Of a DNA stretch of 64,000 nucleotides, positions 30,301-37,847 are shown piece after piece. The position numbers were made by a program, and so were the translations under genes. Origin of the DNA: Rhodothermales bacterium (lineage in GTDB: Bacteria; Bacteroidota; Rhodothermia; Rhodothermales; Bin80); contig OX638318.1 in the NCBI GenBank assembly GCA_951812585.1, positions 1,501,058 through 1,565,057 of the forward strand. Reading direction: 5' to 3'. A model generated the notes under the pieces. That model worked only from the letters and a program-made list of their open reading frames with translations, ran no database searches and had not been told where the DNA came from. Position 1 is the stretch's first letter. Each line of letters starts with the position of its first letter.

Positions 30301-30729
30301 CAGGCTTGACCGCGTGGGGGTTCGCTCCACCAGCGCTGCAACACTGGTAACGATGATGCCGACAAAGCCTTCGCCTAGCTGCTGCAGCACATCGGCTCGC
30401 TGAACCAGGGTATAGATATGCGTGTCCTGCTCCTGATCATACGGCGTGCGGCCGCTGGGAGGGAAAAGCAGCAGGTGCCCGGTATCTCCGGCTATTTGCG
30501 CGAGGTCGCTGTGGAGATAGCGCGCACGATCCGCGTCCGGCAGTACGCAGAGCATGGTGCGACGCGTTGCGCTCCAGAGATGGTGCAGGATAAAGGCAGG
30601 CAGCGAGCCCGCGGCGTCGGCTATGTGGAGGGGTGCGGGCGATGCCTGTCGGCACCACTGGAGTGCCGCGCCGCAGAACGGCGCGGATGCAATGGCTTTA
30701 AGAACAGCGTTGAGCGGTGCGTCGTGCAC
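27397..30729 (-). CDS. mfd: transcription-repair coupling factor
   Basis: 1110 aa. CarD-like region (GDFVVHTDYGVGKF), superfamily-2 helicase motifs (GDVGFGKTEVA, DEEQRFG), and a TRCF C-terminal domain. Confidence 0.93.
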   Translation of the reverse strand: MHDAPLNAVLKAIASAPFCGAALQWCRQASPAPLHIADAAGSLPAFILHHLWSATRRTMLCVLPDADRARYLHSDLAQIAGDTGHLLLFPPSGRTPYDQEQDTHIYTLVQRADVLQQLGEGFVGIIVTSVAALVERTPTRSSLRRASRTLKVGDTAAPHELVDSLMGQGFERVRFVEQPGDIAWRGGIVDIFSFSGDYPFRIEFFGDEIESLREFDPSSQRSVSNLEAVRIAPRLERFAATDTAYSSLFDFLADNTLIAHFDSLRHAALADERFSAAEDRFAALASPDTLAQPALRYLTGDTLQAAFEQRPQLHFGAFVDSSRASQCSAASRPQPAFNRQMKILRSHLADSAAQSVFTHILCDSSGQKDRLADLLESALARGHLKLSVQSLHEGFELPAARLAVYTDHQIFGRYHRPVTRKRKRHGGIRLHELRRLQPGDFVVHTDYGVGKFAGFRNITVRGKKQEAVRLHYAEGDVLYINVNALYKLHKYSGKEGHTPKLTKLGSGQWERSKRKTKKRIKDIARDLIKLYAQRKASKGHSFPADTIWQREMEASFAFEDTPDQFAATEVVKRDMEMTAPMDRLLCGDVGFGKTEVAVRAAFKAVQDGKQVAVLVPTTVLARQHQETFARRLEPFPVKVEVLTRHRTGKAVRDLLDQLKKGTVDILIGTHRIISKDVHFNDLGLLIVDEEQRFGVGVKERLRQLRVNVDTLTLTATPIPRTLQFSLMGARDLSIIDTAPPNRQSIETEIHSFDTGLIRDAILYEVSRGGQVFFVHNRVRSIGDIAGMLRDLVPGVRFQVAHGQMKAADMERVMTGFIDHKCDVLVSTTIIENGLDIPNVNTMIIHHAQRFGLAELHQLRGRVGRSDRKAFCYLLVPSIHALTREARQRLRAVEQLNELGSGFQIAMRDLDIRGAGNVLGGEQSGFIADLGYDTYQKVLDDAVRELRADEFPSLAVEAPAPAATDTTADAAAEASLPRHYVESDLERLGLYRRLSEAPSKEAILELRAEIKDRFGPRPREARNLFGVMLMRHYAQQLHLPRVVHRKQRLFLHLALDDPKFKEHCFQPLLERLSALGLRYFLRESKRGVPRVIVQEVPRLADAVAVLEKLNA

Positions 30730-30755
30730 GGCAAGGGATCGTTGCAGATTCGTAT

Positions 30756-30771
30756 GGTTTCACGTGAAACA
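30756..30771. promoter_or_regulatory. parS-like site (GGTTTCACGTGAAACA, 15/16 to consensus TGTTTCACGTGAAACA)
   Basis: Read directly. Contains the 14-bp perfect palindrome GTTTCACGTGAAAC. Sits 27 nt upstream of the mfd start. Confidence 0.7.
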
Positions 30772-31251
30772 TATTGGCGCAGCGCGCCGGGAAAACGGTC
30801 CGTCCGCGCGTGCCATCCGGTTGTACGCTGTAGCAGTACAAACGGAGTCCTGCAGTGCAGTGATGGGAGGAATTGGCACCTGCTTCGACTTTGACAGAGT
30901 GCAGTGCGCACGAAAGGCACCGGCCGAATGCGCTGAGGCCGAATATGCTGGCGCGGCGTGAACGTACGAATCTCCTTGTTTGCAAACAGAGCATTATATG
31001 CTAAAGTGTCGGGCAGTCATAGGCACGGTGGCCCATGGGCCGCGAACGCCAAGAGGCAGATGCGCAAGAGAATCAGCTCGCAGCGAACGACCGCCGTGCG
31101 TTGGGTGTGCGTACTGCCAGGCATCTTGAAGCGATGCGCACCAGGCCGGTCGCTGGCAACGAACCAGAATTCGAACCGCGGGCCGTGTGCCTTGGCGTTG
31201 GCAACCGGGGGCGGTGGCATGCGCGGAAGCTGTGTCCAGGCGATTACAGAG

Positions 31252-31440
31252 TTAACTGAAGCTTACTTCGTCCTGGGCGGCGGGCTTGGCCTTCGGTGCC
31301 TCCGGCCTCCCGCCCTTCAAGAACTGCCGTGTAGCTTCCTGTATCGTTAGCCCGCCGTAGCGCGGATTCGCCGCTGGCGTGTTACCCCACGTGCCCTGCA
31401 AGCGCTTACGCTTGCGCTCCTGCCGGTCGCCTTTTGTCAT
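31252..31440 (-). CDS. small IS-encoded accessory ORF (62 aa), copy A homolog
   Basis: MTKGDRQERKRKRLQGTWGNTPAANPRYGGLTIQEATRQFLKGGRPEAPKAKPAAQDEVSFS. Shares a TP..NPRY.GLTIQ.A.RQ..K core with the 63-aa ORFs of copies B, D and E. Confidence 0.55.
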   Translation of the reverse strand: MTKGDRQERKRKRLQGTWGNTPAANPRYGGLTIQEATRQFLKGGRPEAPKAKPAAQDEVSFS

Positions 31441-31490
31441 TTCAGTGTCCTGTGTCCGTATGGATTGATCTACTGAGTTGGTGCACAACG

Positions 31491-32428
31491 CTACGCTGTC
31501 AGCGTAGCGTACATGAGCCGTTTGCCCACCATACCAGCCACAACGTGCTGCCTTTGCTCCAGCGTATCCATTGTGCGTACGTTGTGCTTGCCCGCAAACT
31601 GGTGCCCGTAGCGGTGCACGTGCTTCTTGCTCCAGTGGTGGTACGTACCATGATACGCCCGCTTGAACATGCTCCAGAATGATTCCAGCCCGTTCGTGTG
31701 CGCCATGCCATTGACCCACCCGCCGACCGAGTGCTTGACGGTTTCGTGCTGCACCCCAGTCATGCCCTTGTAGACGTGCGCCTCATCGGTGTAGACCGTT
31801 GTGCCGAGGTGTTATCGTAAACGAACGGCTGTAAGGTCGCTGCATTCGTGCTCTCCACCACTTCGGCCCGAATCTGCCCGCTTGCACGGTCTTTCAGGCC
31901 GGCCACCGCCGTCTTGACTACCGGGCCGCGTCCGGCTTTCTGCTTCCTGTGCTCGTGCTTGTTTTTCTCCAAGCCACCCCCGTACGTTTCGTCGGCCTCC
32001 ACCGGTCCCTCGAACGCAGCGGCCAGCAGGAGCGCAAAGGCGGCCCGTACGCGCTGCAACATGAACCAGGCCGTAGTCTGCGTCCCATCGAGGTCGCGGT
32101 GGAGCTTCATGCTGGAGACGCCCTTCAGGGAGGTCATTTCAAGATAAATGGCCCATACCCACTTCTTCAACGGCAGCCGGCTACTGGCCAATGCGGTACC
32201 TGTGCGCACCGAGAAGAACCGCTTGCACGGACGGCATCGGTACGGCATTGGCCTGTGTGTGCCCGCATACGTGTCTGTGCCCTTGCAGCGCGGGCACAGA
32301 CGACCGTCCGGCCAAATCACAGCCTCGAGCCACAGGACGGCCGCCTGCTCATTCGGAAACATTTCGGCCAGTTTGGCCATGCTGATTCCCTTGCGATACC
32401 TGCGCCCAGGCCCCGATTTAACCGCCAT
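31491..32428 (-). pseudogene. IS1595-family transposase, frameshifted
   Basis: ORFs 31760..32428 (Zn ribbon CPRCKGTDTY...YRCRPCKRFF; EADETYGGG) and 31491..31763 (HETVKHSVGGWVNGMAHTNGLESFW) are consecutive parts in different frames. The break lies near 31800, apparently a 1-nt loss in ...VYDNTS|GTTVYTDEA... Confidence 0.8.
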
Positions 32429-32800
32429 GAATTCCCCGATCTGGTGTACCCCCTCTATGCGCCGATCGGGAAGAAGTTTTCAGTTAATTATATAACCACC
32501 TCCCGATAAGTACCTCTATGGTCAGCCCGGTCCCTACACCCCACCCCCTACCCAGCACTGCTGCCAGCCGCTTTTGATGTGGAGGATGCGCTTGCACTCT
32601 AGCACCTACCGTTGTCATCCAGGCGTTGTTGGGAAGTCATGCCTCCCATCATCCAGCATACCCGCAACCGGACGGAGTGAGGCACAAGGGGCAGTGACCA
32701 GGTATTGTGAAGGCGCAGATCAAGGAAAAAAATCCTGGAGGTCTTGCGTCGCATAGCAGCGTGACAGTATATTTGACCCGATCATCGTTCACCTTACGAC

Positions 32801-34021
32801 ATGCCTATTATTATGAACGTCCGCTCTTGCCCGCTCACCACTGACGACTCAGCCGGAAATCCCGGTGCCACTGAGCGACTCGTACATCTCAGGCGCCGCA
32901 CGATCCGTCATTGCCGCTTGCCAATGGTGTTTGTATTTGTTCTTGCTATCGTTGCGCCCCAAACTGCCGCGCCAGCGTTTTCCCAGGTACCCTACATTAC
33001 GATAAGTATGACAGGGCCCAATGGTAACGAGATTAGTCACAATTCGGAAGTTGTACTTTCCCTAGGGGAGAACAGCTATCCGGTAGATGTAGAATATTCT
33101 CTACATAACGTACTCGACGAGTCTGAGGTTGACACTTGGATTGGCGACTCGCTGATTGCATACGCGTGCACACGCATGATCAGTGGGTTTACCTGCGAAG
33201 GCACTCCATCCAGACATGACTTGGGCTTGGGCACCCATACATTCGACGCTAACCTGTTCCTTTACCCTCCGAAGCCTGGACCTCGCATTTATATAGGTGG
33301 GACAACCCATATCGTTACGGTGGTTGCGGCTGGCCCTCCTGACCCTCCGGGTCTGCTCGTTTTGGACAATGCCGGTGAGATCGGCGAGTCACCGTCCCTG
33401 TCTTGGGGTCCCAGTCCAACCCCCGACGTATCCTACAACGTTTACCGCTGTTTTAGCGAAACGGACGCTTGCGCATCTGGAGGAGGGGTCTCCGGTATCA
33501 TCGCTACTACTAACTCAACCAATTATACGGATTCTTACGTCGACATCTCGACACAGGACAATGCCATCGGACAGTACAGCTACTGGGTCACGGCAACCAA
33601 TGATGACCTAGAAGAGTCTGAAGCCACGAACACTGTTTCTACTTGGGGCAATCCCATTTGGGTCGGCAGTTTCCCTTACTTTGGATCGGAGGTGCCAGTA
33701 ACGGAAGTAACGGAGTCGGCTACGGCTACACTGCAAGTAGATACGCCCAGTCCCGAAACGTATACGCTGCATCAAAACTACCCAAATCCGTTTAATCCTG
33801 ACACCGAGATACGCTTTGACTTACCGGAGGCCGCCGAGGTGACACTGATCGTGTATGATATGATGGGGCGTGAGGTGGACCGACCGCTCGGTCGGTACTT
33901 GAATGCAGGCTCGCACAGCGTAAAGTGGCAGGCTGCCTCTCGTCTTCCCAGTGGCATGTACCTGTACCATCTTCGGGCAGGACTCTTCAGCGAAACAAGA
34001 AAGATGACCCTCGTCAAGTAA
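32801..34021 (+). CDS. secreted protein with Fn3-like region and T9SS C-terminal sorting domain
   Basis: The C-terminal ~85 aa (NYPNPFNPDTEIRFDLPEAAEVTLIVYDMMGREV...GMYLYHLRAGLFSETRKMTLVK) parallel the CTD of the 2405..5593 protein. A hydrophobic signal segment follows the ATG at 32924, which is an alternative start. Markedly lower G+C than the core genes. Confidence 0.7.
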   Translation: MPIIMNVRSCPLTTDDSAGNPGATERLVHLRRRTIRHCRLPMVFVFVLAIVAPQTAAPAFSQVPYITISMTGPNGNEISHNSEVVLSLGENSYPVDVEYSLHNVLDESEVDTWIGDSLIAYACTRMISGFTCEGTPSRHDLGLGTHTFDANLFLYPPKPGPRIYIGGTTHIVTVVAAGPPDPPGLLVLDNAGEIGESPSLSWGPSPTPDVSYNVYRCFSETDACASGGGVSGIIATTNSTNYTDSYVDISTQDNAIGQYSYWVTATNDDLEESEATNTVSTWGNPIWVGSFPYFGSEVPVTEVTESATATLQVDTPSPETYTLHQNYPNPFNPDTEIRFDLPEAAEVTLIVYDMMGREVDRPLGRYLNAGSHSVKWQAASRLPSGMYLYHLRAGLFSETRKMTLVK

Positions 34022-34584
34022 AACAGTAAGCGACACTCGGCCAAGAAAAAAGGGGATGTCCTGTAGCCTGCCGTGATTGCCGGTTTTCTGTATGCGTGCG
34101 GTGGTGTACACCCCGTCTCGCTGAGAGTGCCTCGTAGGCCGGGCGGGACGTGGAGGATAGGCCTGCCTTGTTGTCGTAGTTGTGCCCCCGCTGGGGAGTG
34201 CGCTATCTGACCAGGTCATACGTCATCCACTTCCTGTCTGGTTGATGGAGTAGGTACCGAGTGTACCACGGAGCCGCAGGGGTCAGGCGACCGCACAAGC
34301 TACCATGTGGCAGGCCACCTCGGGGTTTTCCGCTGCGGACCGGCAGGTGCCGTGTTCCTCTTTGTCGCTGGCCGCTATCTCACGTATGCGGTCTGTCGAC
34401 GTGGTACGCTGCGCGATGAAGACGCTGGCGATTCCTGGAACAGGCGATGTTGCATTCCGCCGCGGTGGCCCCGCTACCGATGCGGGAGCGGCTTACGCGG
34501 TAAGCATGCGGTCAACTACATATTGCGTGGAGGCATAGTCAGGTCGGAACTTGTGGTCCACACTTAAGGACTCAAGAACGACCT

Positions 34585-34899
34585 ATGCGTAAGCCAAGAC
34601 GTACGGCGGAGGAGATGTTTCCGCTGGTAGAGCAATATCTTCAAAGTGGCCAGACCCGGAAGGTCTTCTGTGCAGCGCACGGGATATCCTTGTCACAACT
34701 GCACTACTGGCAGGGCAAGTATCCACGTAAGGGCGCTGTTTCGCAAGGCACGGCATTCCTGGAGATTAGTGCGCCTGCTGCGGGAGAGCGCGCGGCATTG
34801 GAGGTGGTCTACCTTGGTGGGGTGCGTCTGCGTCTATTCGTGCCGGCCTCTGCCATGTTTCTTCGGTCTCTGCTCCCGTCGGAGGTAGCCCCGGCATGA
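34585..34899 (+). CDS. IS66-family accessory protein TnpA-like (HTH)
   Basis: 104 aa with HTH-like FCAAHGISLSQLHYWQGKY. Its stop overlaps (ATGA) the start of an IS66 Orf2-like frame. Confidence 0.55.
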   Translation: MRKPRRTAEEMFPLVEQYLQSGQTRKVFCAAHGISLSQLHYWQGKYPRKGAVSQGTAFLEISAPAAGERAALEVVYLGGVRLRLFVPASAMFLRSLLPSEVAPA

Positions 34900-35060
34900 T
34901 TCCGCTGGGTCCTCTCACCGCTCCTGCCTCTATTGCGAGCCGGCCGACATGCGCAAGAGCTTTGACGGGCTCTGCGGTCTGGTGCGCTCGGGTCTGAACC
35001 GGGATCCGCTCTCGGGGGAGGTATTCGTTTTCACGTTTTCATCAACCGGCAGCGAACGCA
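34896..35060 (+). pseudogene. IS66-family TnpB (Orf2) fragment, frameshifted and truncated
   Basis: Hallmark DMRKSFDGLCGLVRSGLNRDPLSGEVFVF is present, but out of frame with the MIPLGPL start. A second shift is needed for ...FINRQRTHIK. No tnpC follows. Confidence 0.6.
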
Positions 35061-35683
35061 CATCAAGTCTCGTGTTCCATACTGCGACCTGTTGGGTTTA
35101 TGGCGCCGGGCTCGTGTTATTTGCAATAATGCGGCTATTCTGTGATACCCGGCGCGGTTCGGTACATAGTAAAGGTGCGTCCACCAACGACAAATCGGCG
35201 CGCGTCGATCGTGCCTGTCAGTCCTCGTGTCCGTACGGCACCCGCACTGATCCCCAGCGTGGCAGCCAGTTCAGCGGCAGTCGCGTAGCCTTCCTCGCGG
35301 ACTTTGGCGCGTTGCCGTTGGCTGCAGTTGACTATGCCCAGGCGCAACCGTATGCCTCGAAAGCTCTTGCTGGTGAAGGGTCGAGTAGCCCGGGAAATTC
35401 ACCCCCAGGCCCTCACGGGTAGGGTCGGGGCCTGGCGCGCCAATCCGTAGGGTCCGGTGGCTTGTCCGTCGCTTTCGCTCCGGGCCTCAGTCCGGCTCCC
35501 GCGAATCATGTTTCTAGGTCCCGCCTTGTCAAACCACGGCATGCGGTTTTCCCGCACCGGGCCTCCTGCCTCCAGGTGCAGCTACGATGCACCTGAGCGC
35601 GTCTGCGTCACAGGTCAGCATCTGAAGAGGCACGCAGCTGCAAGACAGTCAGCCCGTTTGCGCCACATGTGCGCCGCAAACGA

Positions 35684-35699
35684 TGTTTCACGTGAAACA
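35684..35699. promoter_or_regulatory. parS site, perfect 16-bp consensus TGTTTCACGTGAAACA
   Basis: Read directly. Part of the 18-bp perfect palindrome ATGTTTCACGTGAAACAT, just downstream of the murQ stop. Confidence 0.8.
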
Positions 35700-35727
35700 T
35701 GTCATTTTCCAACAAGATCTGCGGTCC

Positions 35728-36669
35728 TCATGGCGTATCGGGCTGCGCTGTCTCTCCCCGAATGGCGCGGCGCACAAAGCCGTCTGCTTGTGCAAGGCGT
35801 GCTTGCGCCTCGGGCTTGTCTACGTCAGCGAGGACCATCACCAACGCAGTCTTGACATGGCCATCGGCTGCCTCCAGCACTTTAGAAGCAGCGACGTAGT
35901 CTAAGCCCGCAACAATCATCATGGTCCGTCGGGAACGCTCCACGAGCTTCTGCGCGCTCATCTGAAGGTCCACCATCATGTTTTCGTAAACCTTGCCCAT
36001 ACGCACCATCGCAGCTGTCGTGAGCATGTTGAGCACGAGCTTTTGGGCCGTGCCGCTCTTCATGCGCGTGGAGCCCATGATTACTTCCGGTCCGACCACG
36101 ACGCAGATGGCGACATCCACAGGCAGCGTGAAGGTGGCCCGTGGATTGCAGGTAACGAACAGTGTTTTGCACCCTATGGCACGCGCGGCCCTGGTCGCGC
36201 CGACCACGTATGGCGTGCGCCGACTGGCAGCAATGCCGCAGACTATATCTTGCGGCGTCACGCCGTGAATGCGCAGGGCCTCCGCACCGTCCGCTTCACT
36301 GTCTTCGGCCCCTTCCTGGGACCTGAACACTGCTGCCGGTCCGCCTGCAATGATGCCCTGGACCATCTCCGGCGGCGTACCGAAGGTTGGCGGGCATTCC
36401 GATGCATCCAGGATTCCCAGGCGGCCGCTGGTGCCGGCCCCTACATAAAACAATCGACCTCCGGCCCGAAAGGTATCCACAATGAGCTGGACAGCTTCTG
36501 CTATGTAAGCGGACTCTGCGCGTACGGCATGGGCTACACGCTGGTCCTCGTCATTGATGATGCGAAGGATTTCCGCGATGCTGCTCGTATCGATATGCTG
36601 CGAGCGCGGGTTGCGTTGCTCAGTGACGAGGGTACTAAGCTGGTGGTACAGCCGGGAAGCTTTGGACAT
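35728..36669 (-). CDS. murQ: N-acetylmuramic acid 6-phosphate etherase
   Basis: SIS-domain protein with TEQRNP, GRLFYVGAGTSGRLG and SRRTPYV motifs. Start placed at the ATG giving MSKASRLYHQL (the ORF track opens at a TTG at 36681). Confidence 0.88.
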   Translation of the reverse strand: MSKASRLYHQLSTLVTEQRNPRSQHIDTSSIAEILRIINDEDQRVAHAVRAESAYIAEAVQLIVDTFRAGGRLFYVGAGTSGRLGILDASECPPTFGTPPEMVQGIIAGGPAAVFRSQEGAEDSEADGAEALRIHGVTPQDIVCGIAASRRTPYVVGATRAARAIGCKTLFVTCNPRATFTLPVDVAICVVVGPEVIMGSTRMKSGTAQKLVLNMLTTAAMVRMGKVYENMMVDLQMSAQKLVERSRRTMMIVAGLDYVAASKVLEAADGHVKTALVMVLADVDKPEAQARLAQADGFVRRAIRGETAQPDTP

Positions 36670-36722
36670 AGCAAAATGCAACTTGGAGAATGATACACAC
36701 TGAACTGTACACTACTTGGGGC

Positions 36723-36914
36723 TTAGACGAGCCGAAGCTCGTCGTTTCTTGCCCTCAAATCTGCCGCTTGCTTCGGTTTTGGCCTGGCCTTCTCCAGTTG
36801 CCTTACCGCCTTCTGGATCGTTAGTCCGCGATAGCGCGGATTCGGACTGGGCGTGTTGTCGATCCGCTCAAACTCAGCGTGTAACGCGTCCTTCGTATCG
36901 TTGACCCTTCTCAT
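36723..36914 (-). CDS. small IS-encoded accessory ORF (63 aa)
   Basis: MRRVNDTKDALHAEFERIDNTPSPNPRYRGLTIQKAVRQLEKARPKPKQAADLRARNDELRLV. Its ATG overlaps the transposase TGA (CAATGA). Intact in all copies. Confidence 0.6.
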   Translation of the reverse strand: MRRVNDTKDALHAEFERIDNTPSPNPRYRGLTIQKAVRQLEKARPKPKQAADLRARNDELRLV

Positions 36915-37847
36915 TGCGCAATCAGATCTTTGTACATAAGCCGCCGCCCTGCCCGTGCGGCCACTACGTGCTGCATTTGTTCGAGCGTGTCCATGTCCCG
37001 GACGTTGTGCTTTTGCGCAAACTGGTGCACGTACCGCTGCAAGTGCTTGGCACTCATTTTGTGGTACACGCCATGGTACGCCCGCTTCAGCGTGGCCCAG
37101 AACGACTCCAGCCCGTTCGTGTGAGCCATGCCGTTGACCCATTCGCCCACGCTGTGTTTGACCGTCTCATGCTCCCTACCGATCATGCCCTTGTAAGCGG
37201 TGGCGTCGTCCGTGTAGACCGTTGCGCCGATTTCGGTGGGGTTATACACGAACTGCTTCAACGTCGGGCCGCTTGTGTCCTCAACGACCGTGGCCCGAAT
37301 CTGGCCGGTACCGCGGTCTTTCAGCCCCGCTACCGCCGTCTTGCCAACCGTTCCGCGTCCCGCTTTCAGCTTCTTGTGCGCGTGCTTGTTGGCCTCCTTG
37401 CCCCCAACCATACGTCTCGTCGGCTTCAACCGGGCCTTCAAACGCGGCGGCGGCTAACGGCGCGAACGCCTCCCGAATCCGTTGCAGCATGAACCACGCC
37501 AACTTTTGCGTGATGCCCAGGTCGCGGTGAAGCTTCATGCTGGATACGCCCTTGAGCGCGGTCATTTCAAGATAAATGGCGTAGGTCCACTGGAGCAAGG
37601 GCAACCGTGAGGCTTGCAGCACCGTGCCCGTCCGAACACTGAACCGCTTGCGGCACATGCGGCAACGGTACGGCATGGTCTGTTGTGGGCAAGCATAGGT
37701 ATAGGTGCCCCTGCACTGCGGGCAAAAGCGGCCTTCCGGCCAAAAGATGGCCTCAAACCACTCCCGGGCGGCCTCCTCGCTCGGATACCGCCGTGCCAAC
37801 GCCAAGAGTGTGAGTCCCTTGCGGTGTGATCTGCCTGGCCCTGTCAT
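36911..37847 (-). pseudogene. IS1595-family transposase with a single frameshift
   Basis: ORFs 37281..37847 (Zn ribbon + HTH, ...EADETYG) and 36911..37441 (VGGKEANKH...DDE region...MYKDLIAQ). The expected ETYVGGK is read as GAG ACG TAT GGT TGG GGG, i.e. one extra G at 37408-37409. Confidence 0.85.

Larger units (their letters stand above)
31239..32500 (-). mobile_element. IS1595-family (ISXO2-like) insertion sequence, divergent copy A
   Basis: Imperfect terminal inverted repeats (left GGCGATTACAGAGTTAACTGAAGCTTACTTC; right-end reverse complement GGTGGTTATATAATTAACTGAAAACTTCTTC). They enclose a Zn-ribbon/DDE transposase gene and a small ORF. Confidence 0.75.

Noticed and set aside
31155-31215. 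tRNA-like GAATTCGAACC motif next to IS copy A, which could have marked a tRNA-targeted integration.
   Set aside because: I could not fold a T-arm (the flanking 5-mers are not complementary), an anticodon stem or an acceptor stem. It is probably a chance match.
37400-37445. Programmed ribosomal frameshift as the primary explanation for the split transposase.
   Set aside because: The break needs a +1 shift at TAT GGT TGG, with no slippery heptamer, rare or stop codon, or obvious stimulatory structure. The additional nonsense codons in copies D and E show that decay is ongoing. I keep it only as a minor alternative in the findings.
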